64,000 bases of DNA from a virus (Duplodnaviria; Heunggongvirae; Uroviricota; Caudoviricetes), in the IMG/VR virus record IMGVR_UViG_3300021400_004456. One strand, written 5' to 3'. Of this stretch, positions 1 through 8,558 are shown one piece after another. A program made the position numbers and the translations under genes. How positions within the stretch are numbered: the first letter of the stretch is position 1; every line of letters begins with the position of its first letter. Below the pieces are notes generated by a model. The model saw only the letters and a list, made by a program, of their open reading frames with translations, did not search any database and had not been told where the DNA came from.

Positions 1-601
1 TTATATAAGAGAGACATTAAAACCCTTGGATGTGAATTCAAGGTCAGAGTTAGAGACAAAAGCTTCTTTAGCTTTGAGTGGAACAAAATTAACATATAAT
101 ACTTTCAGAGTATTGTTAAATGTTATAAACTAATAGCCTAATAAATCAGATAGATAATATATGTCTCTAAAAGACAGGATGTAGGCAACTTATCAAATAT
201 ATTATCTATGCCATTATAGTATCTATAATGTTATTAGGAGTTAGAATCTTATGACTTTAGTCGTAAGAGGTTCAAAGAGTAGAATTTAATCCTTTTATAC
301 TTTCATATAAAGGAAAAAGATATTTACTTTCTCACGAACCTCAATGTGAAATTATAAACAAAGATGGACAAAAAATTTCTATTAAAATAAACACTGGTGA
401 TTATATAAATAAATATGGTCATATTCACGATGAAGGTATTGGCGATAAAAATTGTGTATGCTTAGATGCAAATGATATGTGTCCTTGTGAATTAAAGTAA
501 TTTGAGAACTAGTTATCACTCGTATAAAAGATAACTTGGTGGGCCGGGGATCTATGCTCTAGACAAAATTCGATACAACCAGTTAAATGCTGGTATAAAA
601 G

Positions 602-635
602 ATACTCTACTTTTATGGAGTATTTTTTATTTTTA
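602..635 (+). terminator. Rho-independent terminator
   Basis: Stem atactc/gagtat followed by a T-run. Confidence 0.45.
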
Positions 636-645
636 ATTTGAAATT

Positions 646-658
646 AAACACCTAATAT
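646..658 (+). promoter_or_regulatory. class-A motif AAACACCTAATAT (candidate promoter element)
   Basis: Exact 13-mer, 31 nt before ATG 689. Confidence 0.5.
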
Positions 659-688
659 ATAGGGCAAATACAAAAGGAGTGGAAAGTA

Positions 689-1018
689 ATGTTTATTAAA
701 ACACTTTATAATATTTACGAAGTTGAAAATATTACAACAAGTAAAGATGCCTATTACGTTGGTGAAATGGCCGTTATACGTAAAAATCAAGTTATTGCAA
801 AAGCAAAAAAATTAACTGATTTAATAGATGAATTCGCAATTGAGGATAAAATTTTTTCTTGGAGTGAAATAAATAATCCAGTAAGTGCTATTGATTTTTT
901 TAAAGATTGTTCTGAAACTGCTAAATTGTATGGTATTTTAAATATCAACAACAAAAAGAAAAAAATCATAGAATATAATCGCACTTCGCAAACTTGGAAA
1001 TTATTAAAAAAATATTAG
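689..1018 (+). CDS. hypothetical protein
   Basis: 109-aa ORF with a GGAG RBS about 8 nt upstream. A class-A motif lies at 646-658 and a terminator at 602-635 upstream. Confidence 0.5.
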   Translation: MFIKTLYNIYEVENITTSKDAYYVGEMAVIRKNQVIAKAKKLTDLIDEFAIEDKIFSWSEINNPVSAIDFFKDCSETAKLYGILNINNKKKKIIEYNRTSQTWKLLKKY

Positions 1019-1029
1019 GAGGTTTCAAA

Positions 1030-1401
1030 ATGAATAAAGAAATCAAATTACCTGTTTCAAAAGAAACTTTTGTTGAAATTTTTAAACATATCAAAGAAAA
1101 TAGAAAAAAGTATGGTAAATTACAAGAAGCTTTAGAAGATTTATCTCCTGGTAATTATTGTAATTTCTGGCCACATTTTACAGAAGAGAATTTATTTATT
1201 GACTTATTGATAGAGGTTCTTAATTTAAAACCTTCTGTTACAAAAATAGAAGAATATTATGTTAATATAATTGATTATTATATTGAGGAAATAATTGATA
1301 AAAAACCAAATGAAATTAAAGCAGAAGATAAAGAAATATCTACACCTGCTAAATTATATGACTATATCGTAAAGAATTACGACAAAATAAAAAAGGAGTA
1401 A
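1030..1401 (+). CDS. hypothetical protein
   Basis: AGGAGG RBS lies immediately before ATG 1030. The ORF-track start at 994 overlaps the upstream gene and lacks an RBS. Confidence 0.5.
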   Translation: MNKEIKLPVSKETFVEIFKHIKENRKKYGKLQEALEDLSPGNYCNFWPHFTEENLFIDLLIEVLNLKPSVTKIEEYYVNIIDYYIEEIIDKKPNEIKAEDKEISTPAKLYDYIVKNYDKIKKE

Positions 1402-1405
1402 TAAA

Positions 1406-2215
1406 ATGAGTAAAGAAGCTACAAACGCATTAGGAAAAAGAATGAAAGATTATGAAAAAGAGGCAAGAAGTTATTTAGCTTCTAAGACACCTGTTATCAT
1501 TAGAATTGATGGGAAGGCCTTTCATACTTTTACAAGAGATTTAAATAGACCTTATGATGTAACTTTCCACTATTGTATGACTGAAACAGTAAAATACTTA
1601 TGTAAGAATGTTCAAAACTGTAAATTAGGATACACTCAATCTGATGAAATCACTTTAGTTTTATTAGATGATTTAAATGAAAACAGTTCAACATTCTTTG
1701 ATAATCAAATTGAAAAGATTTGTTCAGTAACTGCATCTATGGCAACCCTTGCATTTAATAAGGCTGTTTATGAAAAAGTTCAAGAATTCAAAAATAGATT
1801 ATTCTTATCACCTAATGATAAAGAATTAAAAGAATTACTTGATGTATGGACAAGTAAAATGTTTAAAGCTGAATTTGATGCAAGATGTTTTAATGTTCCA
1901 AATAGAACTGAGGTATTAAATGCTTTGATCAATAGACAACAAGATGCTATTAAAAATAGCATTACAATGTTAGCCTTAGCTCACTTTTCTACAAAAGAAT
2001 TAAATAAAGTTAATAGTTCACAAAAGCTTGAAATGCTATCAAAGAAAAATATTGATTGGAATACTTACTCTACGCATTCTAAAAGTGGAGTAGTAATTTA
2101 TAAAGAATTCTTTGATAAAGAAGGTGCTTTAAGAAGCCGTTGGACGGTCGATGAAAACACACCAATTTTTGCTGAACATCCATCATATATTTTAAATTTT
2201 CTATCTAATAAGTAA
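1406..2215 (+). CDS. Thg1-like protein (tRNA-His guanylyltransferase family, 3'-5' nucleotidyltransferase)
   Basis: The N-terminal region (..VIIRIDGKAFHTFTRDL..PYD..) resembles the Thg1/TLP catalytic core. AAGGAG RBS. A strong terminator lies at 2219-2250. Confidence 0.55.
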   Translation: MSKEATNALGKRMKDYEKEARSYLASKTPVIIRIDGKAFHTFTRDLNRPYDVTFHYCMTETVKYLCKNVQNCKLGYTQSDEITLVLLDDLNENSSTFFDNQIEKICSVTASMATLAFNKAVYEKVQEFKNRLFLSPNDKELKELLDVWTSKMFKAEFDARCFNVPNRTEVLNALINRQQDAIKNSITMLALAHFSTKELNKVNSSQKLEMLSKKNIDWNTYSTHSKSGVVIYKEFFDKEGALRSRWTVDENTPIFAEHPSYILNFLSNK

Positions 2216-2218
2216 AAA

Positions 2219-2250
2219 AGAAACCTGTATTTCACAGGTTTTTTATTTTT
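2219..2250 (+). terminator. Rho-independent terminator
   Basis: Stem aaacctgt/acaggttt (loop atttc) followed by tttttattttt. Confidence 0.7.
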
Positions 2251-2299
2251 AAACATAAAAAAGTTGTTTAATAATATATTTAATGGAGGAAAAATTCAA

Positions 2300-2911
2300 A
2301 TGGAGAAAACAATAAAAACCATAGATAGAAACAAGGAAGAATATATAAACGATTATTATAATTGTCTTACTTATGCTAAAAGAATTACAATATTGCCTTT
2401 TGCCTCTTTAATAAAAATGAGTGCATCAGCAATTCAAAGCTTATATAACCACGTTAGTGGAGTTCGTCAAGCTTTATATTGGACACGTGAAAAAGATCAC
2501 GAATACCATAGATATGACGAAATGGATGATAATAGACGTTATGACGAAACTCTTGGTGAATATGAAGCAGTTCTTGATAATGCATATTTGCTTGTTGCTA
2601 ACAAACTTAAAGGTGCTACTAAGTATAAATCTTTATGGGTAAGAATATCTGAAACTCAAACTAAAAAGATAGCTTATGCTAAAGAACATAGTGTTAGAAA
2701 TTTTAAAGCTAAGTTGGTAGCTTGTCCTAATTGTGAATCAAAAGTTAATAAGAAATTTGTAAAGTATGATAGATGCCCTGTATGTGATAAGGATCTTAGA
2801 TCAAAAACTACAATTAATACTTTAAGAGGTTATGAAAATAAAATAATAGCACTAAAAAATGAAGCTAATATTGAATATCGTAAACTTTATGAACTTAACT
2901 TTAAGAAGTGA
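2300..2911 (+). CDS. zinc-ribbon protein, function unknown
   Basis: C-terminal CPNC..(n)..CPVC pair. GGAGG RBS 9 nt before ATG 2300. The ORF-track start at 2264 is TTG without an RBS. Confidence 0.5.
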   Translation: MEKTIKTIDRNKEEYINDYYNCLTYAKRITILPFASLIKMSASAIQSLYNHVSGVRQALYWTREKDHEYHRYDEMDDNRRYDETLGEYEAVLDNAYLLVANKLKGATKYKSLWVRISETQTKKIAYAKEHSVRNFKAKLVACPNCESKVNKKFVKYDRCPVCDKDLRSKTTINTLRGYENKIIALKNEANIEYRKLYELNFKK

Positions 2912-2929
2912 GCAATGCTCACTTTTTTT
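2908..2929 (+). terminator. Rho-independent terminator
   Basis: Stem gtgagc/gctcac followed by ttttttt. Overlaps the stop codon. Confidence 0.6.
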
Positions 2930-2976
2930 ATTAAACATAAAGAGAATGTCATTAAATTAATATAGGAGGAAAAAAT

Positions 2977-3422
2977 ATGACAAAATATGAGAAAAGAGAA
3001 AATGGAATTTTAGACAATACAGTTCCTAAGATGACAGAAACAACTAAAAAATTTTAAAGGATTTTTTAGAAGACGCTGAAACTTTTTATTTAGCTGTTAA
3101 AACTCCTCGTAAGGATGAGTGGAAAGAATATCACGGTGTTTATAGAGATTGCAGATTAAAAATCGATAGAGATGTTCTTTTATCAGCAGGTATTCACTTC
3201 TATAATTGTCGTGAAACTGATAGTGGCAGTGATTATTTAGGTTCACTTGAAGATTTTGTAGGAGTTAACTTTAGTGGTACTGTTCTATTATTAGAAGAAA
3301 TTGATTATGGAAAGTGGAAAAATTTCCTTCCATTGAACAACGAAAGAATGGTTCAATGGACTTTCAATGATGATGAAACATTTGAAGCATTAAAGGGAAC
3401 AATATTAGAGCTATCTGAATAA
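2977..3422 (+). CDS. hypothetical protein encoded in two frames (26-aa ORF 2977-3057 plus start-less 125-codon ORF 3048-3422); needs a -1 shift at an A6 run or carries a homopolymer error
   Basis: AGGAGG RBS before ATG 2977, with stop at 3055-3057. The -1 frame is open from 3048 to the TAA at 3420-3422 with clean coding character (..LKDFLEDAETFYLAVKTPRKDEWKEYHGVYRDC..), but has no ATG/GTG/TTG for about 95 codons and no RBS. Confidence 0.4.
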
Positions 3423-3446
3423 TTAAATGAAGAGAGGAATGATAAA

Positions 3447-3995
3447 ATGTCTAAGATTAAAGTAAAATGTGTAATGCCTATCTATACCATTGTAGTCAAT
3501 GGTTCTTGTGATAGAGATAGTTTTTCAGAAAATGTAATAACTTTTGCTGGAAATGAAAAGCTTAAAGAAGTTCGTGAAACTTTTTCAAATATCTACAATG
3601 AAAACTTAAAGTATTATGATTTAACTAATACAAGTTTTATTAAAGATTTTAGTGAAACTCCTAACGGATTAAACTATAGTGCTTCTTTTGAAATGTATTA
3701 TGAAGGTTCTTACGATGATAATCACGTTTCTGGAACAGTTAGCACAACGTTTGTTGATGCCGAAATTGAAGTTGATACTAATGATTTAAATTTAAGTGAT
3801 CAATTTTGGTTTAATGAAGCTAAAGTCTATGCAACTAGATATCTAGAGGATAATAAGCTAACATTACCTGTAGAAACAATTAATGAAATTTGTGAAAAGG
3901 TTGCTAAATCAGCTCCTAATAATGAATATTTATGGGATCAAATTGATTTTGCTTTTGGCTCTGATGTTAGAGAGGCTATCGAAAATAAAATTTAA
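3447..3995 (+). CDS. hypothetical protein
   Basis: 182-aa ORF with AGAGAGG RBS. Terminator at 4002-4030. Confidence 0.5.
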   Translation: MSKIKVKCVMPIYTIVVNGSCDRDSFSENVITFAGNEKLKEVRETFSNIYNENLKYYDLTNTSFIKDFSETPNGLNYSASFEMYYEGSYDDNHVSGTVSTTFVDAEIEVDTNDLNLSDQFWFNEAKVYATRYLEDNKLTLPVETINEICEKVAKSAPNNEYLWDQIDFAFGSDVREAIENKI

Positions 3996-4001
3996 TATAC
4001 G

Positions 4002-4030
4002 AAAAGGGATTTATTCCCTTTTTATTTTTT
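4002..4030 (+). terminator. Rho-independent terminator (22-nt core identical to 41541-41563)
   Basis: aaaagggat tta ttccctttt followed by a T-run. Confidence 0.65.
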
Positions 4031-4036
4031 TTTAAT

Positions 4037-4049
4037 AAACACCTAATAT
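4037..4049 (+). promoter_or_regulatory. class-A motif
   Basis: aaacacctaatat, 39 nt before ATG 4088 and directly after the terminator. Confidence 0.5.
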
Positions 4050-4087
4050 ACCTGTCGTAAATAACATAACAAGGAGGACACTAATAA

Positions 4088-5605
4088 ATGTTATATGCAT
4101 TAATTGCAGTCGGAGTCGCTGTGGCTCTTTTACTTATTTTCTTTTTCGCTGGTTATGTTAAAGCTGCTCCAGATGAGGCTTTAATTATTTCTGGTTTTGG
4201 CAAGAGAAAAATTTTAATTGGTAAGGCAGGATTTAGAATTCCGTTCTTACAAAGATTAGACAGACTTTCATTAAAGGTATTCCAAGTAGATATTAAGACA
4301 GATGAAGCAATTCCAACATCTAATTTCATCAATATTAGAGTTGATGGTGTTGCCAATTTAAAGATTTCATCTAACCCAGAATTACTAGGATTAGCAGCAG
4401 AATCTATTCTTAATATGAATGAAAATGAGTTAATCGCTCAAGTTCAGCAAGTATTACAAGGTAATATGCGTGAAATTATCGGTACTGTTGATATTAAGAA
4501 ACTTGTTCAAGATAGACAAGGTGTAGCACAGTCAGTTAAGGAAAACGTAGTTCCTGATATGGCTAAGATGGGTATTGAGGTAGTTAACTTTAATATTCAA
4601 TCATTCTCAGATGATAATCACGTTATTGAAAATCTAGGTATTGATAACATTTCTCAAATTTCAAAGGATGCAGCTATTGCAAAGGCAAATGCTGATAGAG
4701 ATGTAACAATTGCAAAGTCTTTAGCTGAGGAAGCAGCAAACCGTTCAAGAGTAGAAGCAAATCAAAAGATTATTGAACAAAATACTGAACTTTCATTAAA
4801 GGAATCTTCATTAAAGCAAAAGACAGATACTGCAAAGGCAACAGCTGATGCCGCATATGAAATCGAGGAACAAAAGAGAAAGCAAGAAATCAATATTGCT
4901 CAAATCAATGCTGATATTGCTAAGCGTGAACGTGAAGTTGAACTAGGACAAAAGGAAGTTGAACTTCAAGAAAGAAAACTTCAAGCTCAAATCAATAAGC
5001 AAGCTGAAGCTGAAAAGTATGCTACTGAACAAAAAGCACAAGCTGATTTATTCACACGCCAAAAGGCTGCAGAAGCTAGAAAGTATGAATTAGAGCAAGA
5101 AGCCGAAATGCAAAAGATTAGAGCCGAAGCTGATAAAGTTGCTAAAGAAAAAGCAGCAGAAGCTTTAAAAATTGAAGCTTTAGCTAAAAAAGAAGCAGCA
5201 CTTGCGGAAGCTCAAGGTATTGAAGCGAAGGGTAAGGCTGAAGCTGATGCAATCCTAGCTAAAGCAGAAGCTATGAAGCAATATGGTGAGGCTGCAACAT
5301 TGCAATTAATTCTTGATTCTGATGTATTACCAAAGGTTGTTGAGGCATATTCAAAACCAATGGCTGAAGCTTTATCTCATATTGATTCTATCACTATGTA
5401 TGGCGAAGGTAATACTGCTAAGCTTAATGAAGAAATTACTAGAAATGGTACACAAATCTTCTCAGGTCTTGAAAAGGCTACAGGCTTAGATATTAAATCA
5501 TTACTTGCCGGCTATTTAGGCGGAAAATTAATTTCTAAAGATGCTCAACCAGCTGTAATTAATACTGAAACTCCTAAAGTTCCTAAAACTCCTAATAAAA
5601 AGTAA
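4088..5605 (+). CDS. SPFH/band-7 flotillin-like membrane protein
   Basis: N-terminal TM helix, SPFH-like domain, then a long Ala/Glu/Lys-rich coiled coil (EA repeats) as in bacterial flotillins (FloT/YqiK type). AAGGAGG RBS. Confidence 0.75.
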   Translation: MLYALIAVGVAVALLLIFFFAGYVKAAPDEALIISGFGKRKILIGKAGFRIPFLQRLDRLSLKVFQVDIKTDEAIPTSNFINIRVDGVANLKISSNPELLGLAAESILNMNENELIAQVQQVLQGNMREIIGTVDIKKLVQDRQGVAQSVKENVVPDMAKMGIEVVNFNIQSFSDDNHVIENLGIDNISQISKDAAIAKANADRDVTIAKSLAEEAANRSRVEANQKIIEQNTELSLKESSLKQKTDTAKATADAAYEIEEQKRKQEINIAQINADIAKREREVELGQKEVELQERKLQAQINKQAEAEKYATEQKAQADLFTRQKAAEARKYELEQEAEMQKIRAEADKVAKEKAAEALKIEALAKKEAALAEAQGIEAKGKAEADAILAKAEAMKQYGEAATLQLILDSDVLPKVVEAYSKPMAEALSHIDSITMYGEGNTAKLNEEITRNGTQIFSGLEKATGLDIKSLLAGYLGGKLISKDAQPAVINTETPKVPKTPNKK

Positions 5606-5612
5606 TAAAAAT

Positions 5613-5642
5613 AAAGGTTTGGATTAATTCCAAGCCTTTTTT
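5613..5642 (+). terminator. Rho-independent terminator
   Basis: Stem aaaggtttgga/tccaagccttt followed by tttt. Confidence 0.6.
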
Positions 5643-5684
5643 AAAACATAAAAGAAGCATTGAAAAGTTATCGAGGTGATGTAA

Positions 5685-5885
5685 ATGGCTAAATGGCAAT
5701 CTTATAGACAAGATGCAACAAAGAATGGTCGTGTTAAAAAGAAGAAAGTAAAAGAATATTGTGAAGACGAAAAAACGCCGTCGTTATGGTCTAAACTTCC
5801 AATTTGGTCAAAAATCTTAATTGTTTTTGGTGCAACTACTATTATTTGGCTTATTTATTTTTTAATTTTAAATAATAGTTTTTAA
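5685..5885 (+). CDS. small membrane protein
   Basis: 66 aa with basic N-terminus and C-terminal TM helix. GAGGTG RBS. Confidence 0.4.
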   Translation: MAKWQSYRQDATKNGRVKKKKVKEYCEDEKTPSLWSKLPIWSKILIVFGATTIIWLIYFLILNNSF

Positions 5886-5887
5886 TT

Positions 5888-5900
5888 AAACACCTAATAT
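5888..5900 (+). promoter_or_regulatory. class-A motif
   Basis: aaacacctaatat, 20 nt before ATG 5920. Confidence 0.5.
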
Positions 5901-5919
5901 ATTTAAAGAAGGTGACACT

Positions 5920-6390
5920 ATGTTCCGAAAATTAGTTTCATATTGGTTAGGTTTAGGTGCAGTAGTAATTTCAGCTTTAAGTTTAGCTTCTTGCAAAGAA
6001 ACTGAATTAAATACACCAACAAATTTAGTTTATGATAGAGTTGAAAAAGTAAATGATGTAGATGTTCGTATTTACACAAGAGCTTTAAATAATAAACTAG
6101 TTGCAACAGACACTATTGTTCAATGCAATGATGATTTTAAAGAACTATTTTTAAATGATTTTTCTCTTTATAAAGATTATGATTTTCAAAAGAATTCGTT
6201 GTTAATATTTTCATTAGATGAAGTTAATTATACTAATGCTTTAGGACCTCGTGTTACAGCATTGGATGATGGTCATTTACAAATCACTTTTAATAAAGGA
6301 AAATCTTCTAATTATGTTACTTTCGTAGAATTGTATGATTATAAAATAAATAGCTATGATTTTGATATTATTGAAAACGTATTAAATTAA
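5920..6390 (+). CDS. lipoprotein
   Basis: Signal peptide ending in lipobox LASC. AAGGTGA RBS. Confidence 0.55.
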   Translation: MFRKLVSYWLGLGAVVISALSLASCKETELNTPTNLVYDRVEKVNDVDVRIYTRALNNKLVATDTIVQCNDDFKELFLNDFSLYKDYDFQKNSLLIFSLDEVNYTNALGPRVTALDDGHLQITFNKGKSSNYVTFVELYDYKINSYDFDIIENVLN

Positions 6391-6408
6391 AAAAAGAGGT
6401 GTAGTGAA

Positions 6409-6627
6409 ATGTATTTTTTTGAATCTCCAGCTTATTATGCTCCAGCAGGATTAGGGATTGTTACTCAAATTGTCTTTTTAATTTTAAAATTAACAAATGC
6501 AATTAACTGGGCTTGGCCTGTAGTTTTGATTCCTCTTACTGTTCTTGCTTTTTACACTTTTACTTTTATCGTTGCCTTTCCGTTTATATTAGATTTATGT
6601 AGTAATATTTCTGGCGATGATTATTAA
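6409..6627 (+). CDS. small hydrophobic membrane protein
   Basis: 72 aa with two predicted TM helices. AGAGGTG RBS. Confidence 0.4.
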   Translation: MYFFESPAYYAPAGLGIVTQIVFLILKLTNAINWAWPVVLIPLTVLAFYTFTFIVAFPFILDLCSNISGDDY

Positions 6628-6632
6628 TAATT

Positions 6633-6662
6633 AACCTATTTTTATATAGGTTTTTTATTTTT
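6633..6662 (+). terminator. Rho-independent terminator
   Basis: Stem aacctat/ataggtt followed by a T-run. Confidence 0.5.
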
Positions 6663-6683
6663 TAAGATAAAATTTTATCATTT

Positions 6684-6694
6684 TTAAAACATAA
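6684..6694 (+). promoter_or_regulatory. class-B motif TTAAAACATAA (candidate promoter; CATAAT is a -10-like hexamer)
   Basis: 26 nt before nrdG ATG 6720. Confidence 0.5.
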
Positions 6695-6719
6695 TTTATA
6701 ATATAAAAGAGGTGGAATT

Positions 6720-7241
6720 ATGAATTACCATAATATTACAAAAGAAGATATGCTTAATGGTGAAGGACTACGTGTAGTCTTATGGGTTGCAGGATGCGAA
6801 CACAAATGTAAAAAATGTCATAATCCTGAAACTTGGAAATTAGATAGTGGTATTCCTTTTGACGAAGACGCTAAAAAAGAACTTTTTGATGAATTAGAAA
6901 AAGATTATATATCAGGTATTACATTTAGTGGTGGAGATCCATTGCATACTTTTAATAGATTACCAGTGTCAAAGTTAATCGAAGAAATAAAAGAAAAATT
7001 CCCTACAAAAACAATTTGGGTTTATACAGGATATAAATTTGAAGATGTTAAACATCTACCTTTTATAAAAGATATAGACGTTTTATGCGATGGTGAATTT
7101 GAAATTGATAAATATAAGCCTGATATTCCTTGGGTAGGTTCTACAAATCAAAGAGTAATTGATATTAAAAAGACTTTTGAAAATAACGAAATCGTTTTAA
7201 AAGATGATTTTAAGAGCTATATAGAAAGGAAGGATAAGTAA
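6720..7241 (+). CDS. nrdG: anaerobic ribonucleoside-triphosphate reductase activating protein (radical SAM)
   Basis: Cx3Cx2C cluster CEHKCKKC near the N-terminus, plus size and layout typical of NrdG. AGAGGTGG RBS. Confidence 0.75.
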   Translation: MNYHNITKEDMLNGEGLRVVLWVAGCEHKCKKCHNPETWKLDSGIPFDEDAKKELFDELEKDYISGITFSGGDPLHTFNRLPVSKLIEEIKEKFPTKTIWVYTGYKFEDVKHLPFIKDIDVLCDGEFEIDKYKPDIPWVGSTNQRVIDIKKTFENNEIVLKDDFKSYIERKDK

Positions 7242-7242
7242 A

Positions 7243-7560
7243 ATGCAAATTGAATTTAATAAAATTAAACCTGGAATGAAAGTTATGATTTCTCCGAAGG
7301 ATAGTGATGGAGCGATTTTTGTAAGTGTTTTGCAAATGAAGCCTTCTACTCGTTCACTTTCTTGTAAAGATATTTTTGAAGATAAAGTTTATGAAATAAA
7401 AGAAAGTGATCCTTTTGTTTATTATAAAGAGGGAGACCCTTCTTATGAAAAGGTATTCGAAGTTTTTGCTAAATGTTCATATGTAGATAAGAAAATCAAA
7501 GAAGGACTTACTACAAATGAAAAACTAAAAATTTATGAAGCTTTAACAAAGGTGAACTAA
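7243..7560 (+). CDS. hypothetical protein
   Basis: 105-aa ORF with AAGGAAGG RBS, tightly packed after nrdG. Confidence 0.5.
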   Translation: MQIEFNKIKPGMKVMISPKDSDGAIFVSVLQMKPSTRSLSCKDIFEDKVYEIKESDPFVYYKEGDPSYEKVFEVFAKCSYVDKKIKEGLTTNEKLKIYEALTKVN

Positions 7561-7562
7561 TT

Positions 7563-7865
7563 ATGTCAAGGCCTGCTTATAGATTATGGACAAATAAATT
7601 TGAAGATGATTATAAGAATTTAGGTTTTACTGAGGCTGAAACAACCCGTATAATCAATTTTCTTTATGATGTGGATGAAGATTACACCTCAAAGAAAGAA
7701 TACTTAAAATCAGCCAAAGAATATGCTAAAAGCTTAAAAAAAGAAACAGGATTAACTGTAGGAATTGAAACATTATTTGGAATGCCTGTTTCAGATGGTT
7801 ATAGATATTGTTCTAAATGTCAACAATTTTTTTGGGAAGACGAAAATTGTGGATGTGAAGAATAA
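7563..7865 (+). CDS. hypothetical protein with C-terminal Cys cluster
   Basis: 100 aa ending ..CSKCQQFFWEDENCGC. AAGGTGA RBS. Confidence 0.5.
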   Translation: MSRPAYRLWTNKFEDDYKNLGFTEAETTRIINFLYDVDEDYTSKKEYLKSAKEYAKSLKKETGLTVGIETLFGMPVSDGYRYCSKCQQFFWEDENCGCEE

Positions 7866-7940
7866 TTAGAAAACATAATTTTCTTGAAAACTAAAAATAT
7901 ATTTTTAAATATATGATTAATAAAGGAGAAAAGAAAAATT

Positions 7941-8102
7941 ATGAAAAACATTAAAACTAAGCAAAATAAAAAATTGCCAAACCCTATCAATAGACTATTA
8001 ATTGAAAAAAGAGTTCATATGACAATTACTCCAACTAAAAAAGAAAAACAAAAATGTTTAGATAAAATTCAAAAGCAAAAAGGCTATGACCTTTCTTATT
8101 AA
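7941..8102 (+). CDS. small basic protein
   Basis: 53-aa ORF hand-translated (not in the ORF track, which has a 60-aa floor). AAAGGAG RBS. Terminator at 8102-8130. Confidence 0.35.
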   Translation: MKNIKTKQNKKLPNPINRLLIEKRVHMTITPTKKEKQKCLDKIQKQKGYDLSY

Positions 8103-8130
8103 TCCTCCCACAAAGAGGATTTTTATTTTA
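8102..8130 (+). terminator. Rho-independent terminator
   Basis: Stem atcctc/gaggat followed by ttttatttta. Confidence 0.5.
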
Positions 8131-8149
8131 TTATGAAAGGATGATAAAA

Positions 8150-8353
8150 ATGCAACAAATGACACCAACGCCAACTTCAAATAAAAAATTTATTTTATTT
8201 ATTATTTTAAAAGTTTTCTTTTTAGCTTTAATTTCTGTTGCCATTACAATAGGTTTATATTTCTTAATTAAATCCCATTTGCCAACACCTGTTTATCCTG
8301 GCCCAATAATCGATGATCCAGTTCCAGTAATTCCTTATAATTCATTTTTTTAA
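8150..8353 (+). CDS. small membrane protein
   Basis: ATG 8150 has proper GGA spacing; the ORF-track start 8141 abuts the RBS. One TM helix. Confidence 0.4.
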   Translation: MQQMTPTPTSNKKFILFIILKVFFLALISVAITIGLYFLIKSHLPTPVYPGPIIDDPVPVIPYNSFF

Positions 8354-8482
8354 AAAAACATAAGAAAAATGTATCTTATTAAGCTAGAGGGAATTTTAGT
8401 AGTAAATCTTATTGGCTTTAATATTATCATTTAACTTTTTAATCTTTCCTTTCCGTTGAATGATAATATCAAGATAAACAAA

Positions 8483-8516
8483 AGACACTCACTTTTTCTA
8501 TCGAGTGTCTTTTTTA
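8483..8516 (+). terminator. Rho-independent terminator
   Basis: Stem agacactc/gagtgtct followed by ttttt. Confidence 0.55.
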
Positions 8517-8558
8517 GTTTATATAAAACATAATAAAACAGACAGGAGGCCGATAAAA

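Noticed and set aside
787-984. Minus-strand ORFs from the six-frame track (787..984, 1780..1962, 4153..4356, 5918..6106, 8431..8616, 14740..14922, 15287..15517, 20181..20387, 25878..26081, 29118..29324, 30285..30509, 33702..33986, 34691..34984, 38712..38918, 42240..42461, 43379..43633, 47920..48126, 48888..49391, 49570..52991, 54345..54527, 55933..56202, 56714..56992, 57896..58261, 59319..59552, 63724..63996)
   Set aside because: All lie antisense inside well-supported plus-strand genes, lack RBS, and are typical AT-rich antisense open frames. Only 31285..31698 has an RBS and its own intergenic space.
2421-2642. Plus-strand overlapping ORFs 2421..2642, 22844..23098, 25581..25784, 53416..53700, 57928..58128, 14753..15040
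   Set aside because: They are alternative-frame ORFs nested in longer genes or running across terminators, with no RBS.
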